Source of the DNA: Prochlorococcus sp. AG-679-M23
GTDB lineage: Bacteria > Cyanobacteriota > Cyanobacteriia > PCC-6307 > Cyanobiaceae
Direction: 5' to 3'
Length of the DNA stretch: 64,000 nt
Assembly: GCA_003208875.1 (NCBI GenBank)
Contig: QCUR01000002.1
Location: 192,001-256,000, forward strand
Both the position numbers and the translations under genes were made by a program. Below the pieces are notes generated by a model that was given only the letters and a program-made list of their open reading frames with translations, was not told the DNA's origin and did not search any database. Of the stretch, positions 10,987 to 21,058 are shown piece after piece. Numbering within the stretch: position 1 is the first letter of the stretch; each line of letters begins with the position of its first letter.

Positions 10987-11326
10987 TTTAAGAAGTTCTC
11001 TTTAATATCAATTTAAAACTATATCTCTTCGCTGCAATCAAAAAAAATAAAAACGAAATATAAAAAGAAATTTAAGATTTCTTCAATTTAAATGAGTAAA
11101 TATACTTAGAACCTTCTCATATAAGGGGATTTAATAGAAATACTGAAAAGTAACAATCAATGAAACATTTGTTACTTTCCTGCATGATCAAAGAATCTTT
11201 AGCCTATTATTTTTGGTAACGAAAATCTTAAGTTTTGATTCGCTCGTTCCTAGAAAGTCTACTATTAATAAGTAGGCTTATAGGTGTGATAAATCTACTT
11301 AAGGGCCAATTATTTAGAGGTGCTAG

Positions 11327-13630
11327 ATGACCATTAGCCCACCAGAAAGTGGAGAAAAAGACAAAAAGATTTTGGAATCACCCGTCAAGGCTGATCCTAG
11401 ACCTATTGATTTTGCCAAATTAGATAAACCAGGTTTCTGGTCTAGTAAATTATCCAAAGGTCCAAAAACAACAACTTGGATTTGGAATTTGCATGCAGAT
11501 GCCCATGATTTTGATATACATACAGGAGATGCTGAAGAAGCTACAAGAAAAATTTTCTCAGCTCATTTCGGACACCTTGCTGTCATTTTTATATGGATGA
11601 GCGCTGCATTTTTCCATGGAGCAAGATTCTCAAATTATTCAGGATGGCTAGCTGATCCTACCCATGTAAAACCTGGAGCTCAACAAGTTTGGGCAATAGT
11701 TGGGCAAGAGATGCTTAATGGTGATTTAGGTGCTAACTACAACGGGATACAAATAAGTTCTGGAATATTCCACATGTGGCGAGCTTGGGGAATTACAAAT
11801 GAAAGTGAATTGATGGCACTAGCTATTGGGGCAGTAGTAATGGCTGCACTAATGCTTCATGCAGGTATCTTCCACTATCACAAAGCTGCTCCAAAAATGG
11901 AATGGTTCCAAGATGTTGAGTCTATGATGAATCATCATCTCGCAGGTCTTTTAGGACTTGGTTCTTTAGCTTGGGCGGGTCATGTTATTCATATTGGTGC
12001 TCCTACAGCAGCTCTTTTAGATGCTATTGATGCTGGTAGCCCACTACTTATTAACGGTAAAGAGATAGCGACAATTGCTGACATGCCAATGCCTCATCAA
12101 TTGTGTGATCCTCAAATTGTCGGTCAAATATTTCCAGGACTTGCAAGCGGGACAGGTAATTTCTTCAGTTTAAACTGGTTTGCTTTTTCAGATTTCTTAA
12201 CTTTCAAGGGAGGACTTAATCCAGTAACAGGAAGTTTATGGATGACTGATATTGCACATCATCATGTTGCAATTGCTGTTTTATTTATAATTGCTGGTCA
12301 TATGTACAGGACTAACTATGGAATTGGTCATAGTATGAAAGAAATATTAGATTCACAGCAAGGAGATCCTATTCTTTTCCCAGCACCTAAGGGACACCAA
12401 GGCCTTTTTGATTTTATGGCTGAAAGTAGACATGCACAGCTTTCTGTCAACTTAGCAATGCTCGGTTCTCTTAGTATCTTGATCTCTCATCATATGTATG
12501 CGATGCCTCCGTATCCATACATTGCGACTGATTACATGACTGTACTTGGTTTGTTTACTCATCATATGTGGATAGGTGGATTATTTATTGTTGGAGCTGG
12601 AGCTCATGCAGGTATAGCGATGGTAAGAGATTACGATCCAGCGAAACATATAGATAATGTTCTAGATAGGATTTTAAAAGCTAGAGATGCGTTAATAAGT
12701 CACCTTAATTGGGTTTGTATGTGGTTAGGCTTCCATAGTTTTGGACTCTATATTCATAACGACACAATGAGAGCTTTAGGAAGACCTCAAGATATGTTTA
12801 GTGATTCTGCAATTCAGCTTCAACCAATATTTGCTCAATGGGTTCAAAGCATTCAAGCTTCAGCTGTTGGTACTTCAATATTGGCAGGTACAGCAGAAGC
12901 CTTACCTCATAAAGCTATAAGTGAAGTATTTAACGGAAGTTTAGTTGAAGTAGGTGGAAAGGTTGCGATTGCCCCAATTCCTCTGGGGACAGCTGATTTG
13001 ATGATTCACCACATACATGCATTCCAAATACATGTAACAGTTTTGATTCTTCTTAAAGGTGTCCTTTATGCAAGAAGCTCAAGATTAATCCCTGATAAAG
13101 CATCACTAGGATTTAGATTCCCATGTGATGGCCCTGGTAGAGGAGGTACATGTCAAGTTTCTTCTTGGGACCATGTTTTCTTAGCACTTTTCTGGATGTA
13201 TAACTGTCTATCAATTGTTATTTTCCATTTTTCTTGGAAAATGCAAAGTGATGTTTGGGGGCTAACAGGAGGTAATTTTGCACAAAGTGCAATAACTATA
13301 AACGGTTGGTTACGAGACTTTTTATGGGCTCAAGCAGCACAAGTATTGACAAGTTATGGTCAAGCAATAAGTATGTATGGCTTAATGTTCTTAGGTGCTC
13401 ACTTTATTTGGGCATTTAGTTTAATGTTCCTATTCAGTGGAAGAGGTTACTGGCAAGAACTATTTGAATCAATTGTTTGGGCACATAATAAATTGAAAGT
13501 TGCTCCAACAATTCAACCAAGAGCACTTTCAATTACTCAAGGTCGTGCAGTTGGTGTAACTCACTTCTTAGTGGGCGGCATAGCTACTACTTGGGCATTC
13601 TTCCATGCTCGCCTTTTCGGGATTGGCTAA
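11327..13630 (+). CDS. psaA: Photosystem I P700 apoprotein A1
   Basis: [33 protein letters not shown] at 11317-11322. Confidence 0.99.
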   Translation: MTISPPESGEKDKKILESPVKADPRPIDFAKLDKPGFWSSKLSKGPKTTTWIWNLHADAHDFDIHTGDAEEATRKIFSAHFGHLAVIFIWMSAAFFHGARFSNYSGWLADPTHVKPGAQQVWAIVGQEMLNGDLGANYNGIQISSGIFHMWRAWGITNESELMALAIGAVVMAALMLHAGIFHYHKAAPKMEWFQDVESMMNHHLAGLLGLGSLAWAGHVIHIGAPTAALLDAIDAGSPLLINGKEIATIADMPMPHQLCDPQIVGQIFPGLASGTGNFFSLNWFAFSDFLTFKGGLNPVTGSLWMTDIAHHHVAIAVLFIIAGHMYRTNYGIGHSMKEILDSQQGDPILFPAPKGHQGLFDFMAESRHAQLSVNLAMLGSLSILISHHMYAMPPYPYIATDYMTVLGLFTHHMWIGGLFIVGAGAHAGIAMVRDYDPAKHIDNVLDRILKARDALISHLNWVCMWLGFHSFGLYIHNDTMRALGRPQDMFSDSAIQLQPIFAQWVQSIQASAVGTSILAGTAEALPHKAISEVFNGSLVEVGGKVAIAPIPLGTADLMIHHIHAFQIHVTVLILLKGVLYARSSRLIPDKASLGFRFPCDGPGRGGTCQVSSWDHVFLALFWMYNCLSIVIFHFSWKMQSDVWGLTGGNFAQSAITINGWLRDFLWAQAAQVLTSYGQAISMYGLMFLGAHFIWAFSLMFLFSGRGYWQELFESIVWAHNKLKVAPTIQPRALSITQGRAVGVTHFLVGGIATTWAFFHARLFGIG

Positions 13631-13658
13631 ATAACCTGAACTTTTCCTTTTTAATTCA

Positions 13659-15887
13659 ATGGCAACAAAATTTCCAGCATTTAACCAGGGTCTAGCTCAG
13701 GACCCAACAACCCGCCGAATATGGTACGGCATAGCTACAGCTCATGACTTTGAGAGTCATGATGGTATGACCGAAGAAAAGCTTTATCAGAAGTTATTTT
13801 CTACACATTTCGGACATTTAGCAATAATTGCCCTTTGGGTAGCCGGTAATCTTTTTCATATCGCTTGGCAAGGTAACTTTGAGCAATTTGTACTTGACCC
13901 TACTCATGTTCGTCCAATAGCTCATGCTATTTGGGATCCTCATTTTGGATCAGGTATTACGGAAGCAATGACACAGGCAGGGGCCAGTGGACCTGTAAAT
14001 ATAGCTTATTCAGGCTTGTATCATTGGTGGTACACAATTGGAATGAGAACCAATGAGCAACTGTTCCAGGCCTCCATCTTTATGAGTATTTTGGCCTGTT
14101 GGACTTTATTTGCTGGATGGTTACATTTACAGCCAAAATTCAGACCGTCACTTGCATGGTTTAAAAATAATGAATCTAGATTAAATCATCATCTTGCTGT
14201 TTTATTTGGATTTAGTAGTATTGCTTGGACAGGACACTTAGTTCACGTTGCAATTCCTGAGTCTAGAGGTATTCATGTTGGCTGGGATAATTGGTTAACA
14301 GTTCTGCCTCACCCAGCAGGTTTAGCTCCTTTCTTTACACTTAACTGGGGAGCATATGCTCAGAATCCAGATGCATTAGAGCAAGTATTTGGAACAACAG
14401 AAGGTGCTGGTACAGCAATATTTACTTTTTTAGGGGGACTCCATCCTCAAAGTGAAGCATTATGGTTAACTGATATAGCTCATCATCATATTGCAATAGG
14501 AACTGTATTTATAATTGCTGGACATATGTATAGAAATACGTTCGGTATTGGACATAGTTTAAAAGAAATCACAGAAGCACATAATACAAGACATCCTCTT
14601 GATCCTCATAAAGGTAGTTTTGGAATTAATCATGATGGTATTTATGAAACTGTTACTAATTCTCTACACTTTCAACTTGGTTTAGCCTTGGCTGCTCTTG
14701 GTGTAGCCACTTCATTAGTAGCTCAACATATGGGAGCTCTTCCTTCGTATGCTTTTATTGCAAGAGATTATACGACTCAGTCAGCTTTATATACCCATCA
14801 TCAATACATAGCTATGTTTTTAATGGTTGGTGCTTTTGCTCATGGAGCAATATTCTTTGTCAGAGATTACGATCCTGAACTTAATAAAGATAATGTATTA
14901 GCTCGAGTATTAGGTACAAAAGAAGCTCTTATCAGTCATTTAAGCTGGGTGACTATGATTCTAGGTTTTCATACATTAGGAATATATGTTCATAATGATG
15001 TTGTTGTAGCTTTTGGAAATCCTGAAAAACAAATTTTGATTGAACCGGTATTCGCTCAGTTTGTACAGGCAGCTCAAGGAAAGATGATGTATGGATTCAA
15101 TGCACTTCTTTCGGATCCGACTAGTGCAGCTAGTGTGGCGGCGAACTCTTTGCCAGGAAATCATTACTGGATGGATTTAATTAATAGACAAGATGCATTA
15201 AGTGCTTTTCTTCCAATAGGCCCTGCAGATTTCTTAGTACATCACGCGATTGCTCTTGGACTTCATACAACTGCACTAATTCTTATTAAAGGAGCTTTAG
15301 ATGCTAGAGGAACAAAACTAATTCCTGATAAGAAAGATTTGGGTTATGCATTCCCTTGTGATGGACCTGGTCGTGGAGGTACATGCGATAGCTCATCATG
15401 GGATGCTATGTATCTTGCAATGTTCTGGGCTTTGAACTTGATAGCATGGGTAACTTTCTACTGGCATTGGAAACATTTAGCCATATGGCAAGGTAATGTA
15501 GCTCAATTTAACGAGTCTGGGACTTATTTAATGGGTTGGTTTAGAGATTATCTTTGGTTAAACTCTGCTCAGCTAATTAATGGTTACAATCCTTTCGGTG
15601 TGAATTCACTTTCTGTCTGGGCTTGGATGTTTTTATTCGGCCATCTTGTATGGGCGACTGGATTCATGTTCTTGATATCATGGAGAGGATACTGGCAAGA
15701 ATTAATTGAGACATTAGTTTGGGCTCATCAGCGTACTCCAATTGCTAACCTTGTAGGTTGGAGAGATAAACCAGTTGCACTTTCAATTGTTCAAGCGAGA
15801 CTAGTTGGATTAGCTCATTTCACAATTGGAAACATCCTTACTTTTGGAGCATTTGTAATAGCATCTACTTCAGGTAAGTTTGGATAA
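13659..15887 (+). CDS. psaB: Photosystem I P700 apoprotein A2
   Basis: [42 protein letters not shown]. Confidence 0.99.
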   Translation: MATKFPAFNQGLAQDPTTRRIWYGIATAHDFESHDGMTEEKLYQKLFSTHFGHLAIIALWVAGNLFHIAWQGNFEQFVLDPTHVRPIAHAIWDPHFGSGITEAMTQAGASGPVNIAYSGLYHWWYTIGMRTNEQLFQASIFMSILACWTLFAGWLHLQPKFRPSLAWFKNNESRLNHHLAVLFGFSSIAWTGHLVHVAIPESRGIHVGWDNWLTVLPHPAGLAPFFTLNWGAYAQNPDALEQVFGTTEGAGTAIFTFLGGLHPQSEALWLTDIAHHHIAIGTVFIIAGHMYRNTFGIGHSLKEITEAHNTRHPLDPHKGSFGINHDGIYETVTNSLHFQLGLALAALGVATSLVAQHMGALPSYAFIARDYTTQSALYTHHQYIAMFLMVGAFAHGAIFFVRDYDPELNKDNVLARVLGTKEALISHLSWVTMILGFHTLGIYVHNDVVVAFGNPEKQILIEPVFAQFVQAAQGKMMYGFNALLSDPTSAASVAANSLPGNHYWMDLINRQDALSAFLPIGPADFLVHHAIALGLHTTALILIKGALDARGTKLIPDKKDLGYAFPCDGPGRGGTCDSSSWDAMYLAMFWALNLIAWVTFYWHWKHLAIWQGNVAQFNESGTYLMGWFRDYLWLNSAQLINGYNPFGVNSLSVWAWMFLFGHLVWATGFMFLISWRGYWQELIETLVWAHQRTPIANLVGWRDKPVALSIVQARLVGLAHFTIGNILTFGAFVIASTSGKFG

Positions 15888-15906
15888 AGTTTTATCAAAT
15901 AATTTG

Positions 15907-15934
15907 AATCACCACTTATGTGGTGATTTTTTTT
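15907..15934 (+). terminator. Intrinsic terminator of psaAB
   Basis: AATCACCAC-TTAT-GTGGTGATT perfect 9-bp stem running into a T tract, about 20 nt after the psaB stop. Confidence 0.85.
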
Positions 15935-15992
15935 GTTTATTTTAATTGTTCTAGTTTAAGTTAAAATTATAAGATTATTAATCGCTATTCAT

Positions 15993-16967
15993 GTGACAAA
16001 TCCTAATCAGTTAATTTCTATAATTATTCCTGTTTTTAATGAAAGTGAGAGTATTGGATATTTATTAGATGAAGTTTTAAATGTCATGCAAAATAATAAA
16101 TTAAATTGTGAATTAATAATAGTTAATGACGGCTCGAATGATAATACTTCAACAGTATTGGATGAATTAACTGTAAAAATTAAGGAATTATCAGTTATTT
16201 CACTTCGAAAGAATTACGGACAAACTGCGGCAATGTCTGCAGGTTTTGATAATTCTAAGGGCGAAATTGTTATTACTTTAGATGGAGACTTACAAAATGA
16301 TCCTAATGATATTCCAAAATTAATTTCACATATAAATGAAGGTTATGATTTGATTTGTGGATGGAGATATGAACGAAAAGATAAATTAATTAATAGGCGT
16401 ATACCATCAAAAATTGCTAATAAATTGATAGCTAATGTTACTGGCCTTAAATTGCACGATTATGGTTGTTCATTAAAAGCTTTTAAAAAAGAGATTTTAA
16501 ACGACATTAAACTATACGGAGAACTTCATAGGTTTTTACCTGTTTTAGCAAATATAGAGGGAGCTAAAATTAAAGAAATCAAAGTTAATCATCGAAGTCG
16601 CAAATACGGTTCTAGTAAATATGGGATTGATAGAACTTTTAGGGTTTTAATGGATTTACTTACTGTTTGGTTTATGACTAAATTTTTAACAAGACCTATG
16701 TATGGATTCGGTTTTATGGGGATCATAAGTATTTTACTAAGTTTTGGAATGACATCTTACTTATTTATTATCAAACTCCTAGGAAATGATATTGGCAATA
16801 GACCGATGTTAATGTTTGCTTTGATATTGGGAATTGCGGGAGTTCAATTATTTAGTTTTGGATTATTAGGTGAATTGTTAATTAGAACTTATCACGAGAG
16901 TCAAAATAGGCCAATTTACAGAGTTAGGAAAATTCAAAGTACTTCCAATGACAAAATCTCTACTTAA
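15993..16967 (+). CDS. GT2 glycosyltransferase, polyprenol-phosphate sugar transferase type (ArnC/GtrB/DPM-like)
   Basis: SIIIPVFNE, VNDGSND, NYGQTAAM, LDGDLQNDP, two C-terminal hydrophobic helices. Confidence 0.9.
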   Translation: MTNPNQLISIIIPVFNESESIGYLLDEVLNVMQNNKLNCELIIVNDGSNDNTSTVLDELTVKIKELSVISLRKNYGQTAAMSAGFDNSKGEIVITLDGDLQNDPNDIPKLISHINEGYDLICGWRYERKDKLINRRIPSKIANKLIANVTGLKLHDYGCSLKAFKKEILNDIKLYGELHRFLPVLANIEGAKIKEIKVNHRSRKYGSSKYGIDRTFRVLMDLLTVWFMTKFLTRPMYGFGFMGIISILLSFGMTSYLFIIKLLGNDIGNRPMLMFALILGIAGVQLFSFGLLGELLIRTYHESQNRPIYRVRKIQSTSNDKIST

Positions 16968-17349
16968 ACTTTCTAATAAGATCAGCTGAACGTTCAACTA
17001 TTTCTGGATCCATATCTTTTAAACCTCGTCTGAGTATGGGCAATGTAGTTTTATCGGCTAATTCTTCTGCTAAATTTAAGGCTTTCAATTTATCTTCTGC
17101 TGAACTATTAAATAGGTTATTCATTTTTTTTCTTAGTTTTCTTTTATAAAACTCTGAGTACTTATTAGAACTATTTTGATAATTATTATATTTTTTTGAT
17201 GAAGAGGTAATTATATTATTTTCATTATCCATTCCTTTTAATGGATAAAATTTCTTTTTATTAAAAACATTAAATATATATTTTCTCTTGAAAATTAAGA
17301 AAATAAATATTATTAAAATGATGAGAACTATAGAGAGAAAATTGAGCAT
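16960..17349 (-). CDS. Small membrane-anchored protein with a C-terminal HEAT-like repeat
   Basis: N-terminal hydrophobic helix; C-terminus LPILRRGLKDMDPEIVERSA resembles a HEAT/PBS-lyase repeat. Confidence 0.7.
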   Translation of the reverse strand: MLNFLSIVLIILIIFIFLIFKRKYIFNVFNKKKFYPLKGMDNENNIITSSSKKYNNYQNSSNKYSEFYKRKLRKKMNNLFNSSAEDKLKALNLAEELADKTTLPILRRGLKDMDPEIVERSADLIRKFK

Positions 17350-17441
17350 ATATAAAGTTAATAATTTTTATATCATCAAGTAATAAAATTAACACTATTT
17401 CTCCGATAAATATTAGAGTGTTTAAAGATGTTTAAAGATTT

Positions 17442-17555
17442 ATGCCATCTGATTTAGCAAATCTGCTCCCACCTATCTTTGTTCCATTAATTGGGATAGC
17501 TATGCCTGCAGTATTTATCGTACTGATAGGAAGATTAATTACTGCAACTGATTAA
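17442..17555 (+). CDS. psaI: Photosystem I subunit VIII (not in ORF track)
   Basis: Manual translation MPSDLANLLPPIFVPLIGIAMPAVFIVLIGRLITATD*; LPxIFVPLxG..P signature; directly before psaL. Confidence 0.93.
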   Translation: MPSDLANLLPPIFVPLIGIAMPAVFIVLIGRLITATD

Positions 17556-17583
17556 ATTAACTCAAAAATAACTATCAAAACAA

Positions 17584-18183
17584 ATGAGCGACTTTCAAAA
17601 ATCATTCTCAGAATCAACAAATTCTATTAAATTTGATGATAAATATATAGATAACTCTATACAGCCTGATGACATTGGTGTGGCAAACCAATGGGCGGTT
17701 AAAACAGTTTCTGATCCATGTGTTGGAAATTTAGCCACTCCAGTCAATAGTGGTTATTTTACAAAAGCTTTTATTAACAACTTACCTTTTTATAGGGAAG
17801 GAATTTCTCCAAACTTTAGAGGTTTAGAGACAGGGGCAGCATTTGGTTATCTGCTATATGGACCATTTACAATGACAGGTCCACTAAGAAATTCTGAGTT
17901 CGCAATAACTGCAGGACTTCTGGCAGCTATTGGAGCAGTTCACATAATGACAGCACTTTTAGTTCTTTATAATGCACCAGGTAAGGCCCCCAATGTTCAG
18001 CCTCCAGACGCTACTGTATATAACCCACCTGCAGACTTGTTTACTAGAACAGGTTGGGCTGATTTTACAAGTGGATTTTGGTTAGGAGGTTGCGGTGGAG
18101 CCGTATTTGCGTGGCTTCTTGTGGGTACTCTTCACTTAGATACCATTATGCCAATTATTAAAAATATTTGGACTGCAGGTTAA
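17584..18183 (+). CDS. psaL: Photosystem I subunit XI
   Basis: [48 protein letters not shown]. Confidence 0.97.
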   Translation: MSDFQKSFSESTNSIKFDDKYIDNSIQPDDIGVANQWAVKTVSDPCVGNLATPVNSGYFTKAFINNLPFYREGISPNFRGLETGAAFGYLLYGPFTMTGPLRNSEFAITAGLLAAIGAVHIMTALLVLYNAPGKAPNVQPPDATVYNPPADLFTRTGWADFTSGFWLGGCGGAVFAWLLVGTLHLDTIMPIIKNIWTAG

Positions 18184-18236
18184 CTTCACATCCAAATATT
18201 TTTAAAATAATAAAATAAAAACTTTATATAAAAAAT

Positions 18237-18992
18237 TTATCTAATAGTTTTATTCCATCCATATGATCTGGTTACTCTTCCTGCAGAAATAAGTTTTGAT
18301 TGATAATGTAGAGAAATTTTATCGTTAGTGTCTTTTAAAGTGTCTATTCCTATACCATTTCTTCCGTAATCTATACCTGAACAATGGAAATAAAGTCCCT
18401 CTCCTTTATAAATACCAACATGATCACATTTATTTTTATTTCCAAAAAATAAAATATCTCCTTTTTTAAGTGATTTATTATTTTCTTTGAAATTGAAAAG
18501 ATGCTTACAAAAACTTTTAATTTGATAAGAGTCTCTAGGTATATAAATTTCATGATTTAAAAAGGCCGTTTGAATTAACCCAGAACAGTCAAAATTAGGA
18601 CCTGAAGTACCACCCCAAAGATATATATTTTTTACCTTAGATCGATCTTTGATCCAATTAAGAATCAATGGAATTTTTGCTTGTATTGATATTTGATCAG
18701 ATTCGACAAAACTGTTTTTAAAATCAAATTTCTCAATAGATAATTTATCTAAATCAATCCAGCAGACATAACCATCTTCATAAAATTGAACCAATATCCT
18801 GGATAATTTATATTTACTTTGATAAAGACTTGGGTAAATAAGTCTAAAAATTCTATTTTTGACTATTTCCGTTACTAAATTATTTTCAGTTTCATTTTGA
18901 TATCCAGAAATATTAATTTTTACTTTCCACCAAATAGTGCTTGAAAAATTTGTTTGCTTAAATAGTGAGATAGGGTCTATATGTTCTTTCAT
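18237..18992 (-). CDS. NlpC/P60 family peptidoglycan endopeptidase
   Basis: YLWGG..GPNFDCSGL (catalytic Cys), PRDSYQ, GDILFF, DHVGIY. Confidence 0.9.
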   Translation of the reverse strand: MKEHIDPISLFKQTNFSSTIWWKVKINISGYQNETENNLVTEIVKNRIFRLIYPSLYQSKYKLSRILVQFYEDGYVCWIDLDKLSIEKFDFKNSFVESDQISIQAKIPLILNWIKDRSKVKNIYLWGGTSGPNFDCSGLIQTAFLNHEIYIPRDSYQIKSFCKHLFNFKENNKSLKKGDILFFGNKNKCDHVGIYKGEGLYFHCSGIDYGRNGIGIDTLKDTNDKISLHYQSKLISAGRVTRSYGWNKTIR

Positions 18993-18995
18993 AAA

Positions 18996-19895
18996 ATGTC
19001 TTTTTATTATTTACAAGAAGAAATGGGTTTAGCCTTAAATGGTATTTTAGACAGAGTTTGCTCCAACAATATAGAAAATTTAAGGAATGATATCGCAATA
19101 ACTTGGATCAATTATAAAAGTGAAAGCAATCATATAAATAAAGGTTTTGGATTTGGAATCAACAATAGAAAACTCATTTATCCTGCAAGCATCGTAAAGC
19201 TAATTTATGGCCTTGCTGCATACTCATGGATTGATACAAAGAAAATATTATTAACCCAAGAAATAAGTGATGCAGTCAATAAAATGCTTTTTTACTCAAG
19301 TAATGATGCAACAAGCTTTTTAATCGATATTATCACTGGGACTACAAGCGGTCCATCTATAGAAGGAGATCTTTGGGAGAATTGGAAATTTCAAAGATCA
19401 ATAATCAATGATTGGTTACAAGAGCTTAATTGGAATGAATTAAATGAAATAAATTGCTGCCAAAAAACTTGGGATGATGGACCATTTGGTCGAGAAAAAG
19501 AATTTTACGGAATCGAAAACAGCAATAGAAATATGATGACAACTGATGCTACTGCAAGGATTTTGGAGGAGATAATGATAAAGATTGATTATCAAAAAGA
19601 TAATTTAAATTTAAGAAGTTTTTTAAAAAGAAATTTAAATAAGAATGTTCTTAATAATGATCCTCTTAATCAAGTAGATGGTTTTTTAGGAGAGGGATTA
19701 CCTGAGAATATTAATTTCTGGAGTAAAGCAGGTCTAATGTCACAAGCTAGACATGATGCTGCTTGGTGGGTTAATAACGACTCAGTACAGACTTTATTAG
19801 TTGTTTTTGGTAATGGAGAAAAATACTTCAAAGATGAGACCTTATTTCCCGAAATAGCAAAGGCTGTGTACAAATATAATAATAATTTTGTTTGA
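18996..19895 (+). CDS. Serine hydrolase, class A beta-lactamase-like / PBP-A family
   Basis: YPASIVK (SxxK), SSNDAT (SxN), SKAG..ARHDAA. The ATG at 18996 is preferred over 18981, which would overlap the divergent gene. Confidence 0.85.
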   Translation: MSFYYLQEEMGLALNGILDRVCSNNIENLRNDIAITWINYKSESNHINKGFGFGINNRKLIYPASIVKLIYGLAAYSWIDTKKILLTQEISDAVNKMLFYSSNDATSFLIDIITGTTSGPSIEGDLWENWKFQRSIINDWLQELNWNELNEINCCQKTWDDGPFGREKEFYGIENSNRNMMTTDATARILEEIMIKIDYQKDNLNLRSFLKRNLNKNVLNNDPLNQVDGFLGEGLPENINFWSKAGLMSQARHDAAWWVNNDSVQTLLVVFGNGEKYFKDETLFPEIAKAVYKYNNNFV

Positions 19896-19897
19896 TA

Positions 19898-20110
19898 TTA
19901 ATTTAAATCATCTAAGAAATCTCTATCTAATTTATTTGTATAGGCTTCGTAAGGTAACATCATAACCTCATCAAAATCCAAGTCATTCAGAATCCATTCT
20001 TTATATTCAGCTATTAAACTATTTCTATCTTTATTATCTAATTCATGAATGCGTAATGCAGTATCTTTAAGGTTTTCTTTAATCAGGTTTTCAAGTTCTT
20101 TTTTATTCAT
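19898..20110 (-). CDS. Small acidic hypothetical protein
   Basis: ORF MNKKELENLIKENL...; its ATG lies 1 nt after the stop of the resolvase-like gene, consistent with translational coupling. No recognisable motif. Confidence 0.6.
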   Translation of the reverse strand: MNKKELENLIKENLKDTALRIHELDNKDRNSLIAEYKEWILNDLDFDEVMMLPYEAYTNKLDRDFLDDLN

Positions 20111-20111
20111 A

Positions 20112-20798
20112 TCAGCTAGCTTCTCCATCTAAAATTATTCTTCTAATTGTTGATAAAGCAATTCCAGTTTGAGTTCTGATTGATCGATATGAGCAACCCT
20201 CATTACGTAACCTCATCACTAATGATTCTTTTAAAGGACTAATTTTCGGTCTTCCACCTAAATTATTTCCATTTAATCTTCTTTGCGAAATAAGTTCTTT
20301 TTTCCTCTCTCCCAAACACTCATTATCTAAATTATCTAACTCATATAAAATATTAAAGACTGACAAAGATATATCTGATGAATGTTTGGGAGATAAAAAA
20401 CCAGATAAAGTTCTCAACCTAACATCATTATTCAAGAGTTTATGAATTGTTTTTATACATTCATTCCTGTTAGAAAATGCCCGATCTAGTTTTGTAACTA
20501 CTAATTCATCTCCTTTTGATAAATAATTTAGAGCTTTTCTAAGTTCGGGTTTTATTTCTTCATCTAAACTTACGATTTCAGAAAATATTAAGCTGCAACC
20601 CTCATTTTTTAAGCATTTTATTTGTTCTTTTAAGTAATCAAATTCACTATCTATAGCTCTTGCATATCCAATAGTTTTGGATTTCTTATTTTTTTCAGAT
20701 AAAAGAAAACGTTTTCTTTTAAATTTAATAGTCAACGTTTTAATACATATATTTTTAACTGTATCAAATACTTTAGAAAAAAACACTTTATAGAACAT
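20112..20798 (-). CDS. Resolvase/invertase-family protein with C-terminal HTH and a degenerate active site
   Basis: IGYAR..EQI..L..EGC..IFSE..PEL..AL..L..GDELVVTKLDR, then GGRPK and an HTH (SYRSIRTQTGIALSTIRR). True start uncertain, possibly downstream of 20798. Confidence 0.85.
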   Translation of the reverse strand: MFYKVFFSKVFDTVKNICIKTLTIKFKRKRFLLSEKNKKSKTIGYARAIDSEFDYLKEQIKCLKNEGCSLIFSEIVSLDEEIKPELRKALNYLSKGDELVVTKLDRAFSNRNECIKTIHKLLNNDVRLRTLSGFLSPKHSSDISLSVFNILYELDNLDNECLGERKKELISQRRLNGNNLGGRPKISPLKESLVMRLRNEGCSYRSIRTQTGIALSTIRRIILDGEAS

Positions 20799-21058
20799 TA
20801 TTTTGTAATAAAAAAAAGGTTTTAACTTATTAAGAAATAGATAATATTGTTTTATAACTGTAGTTAAAAGAACGTTCTGAATATTGTACTAGTTTATGTT
20901 ATTAGAACGTTTTGCTTATTGCGTAACTAGTTTTTGTGGGAAACTGTTTAAAAAAATGCCAAATTTTTTTCTAAAAGTAATTTTTAAATTTCTTCTAGAT
21001 TTAATTAGAAATTTAATCTCTTTAGTGAAGTAAATAAAAATAGTAAAGTTAAATTATT

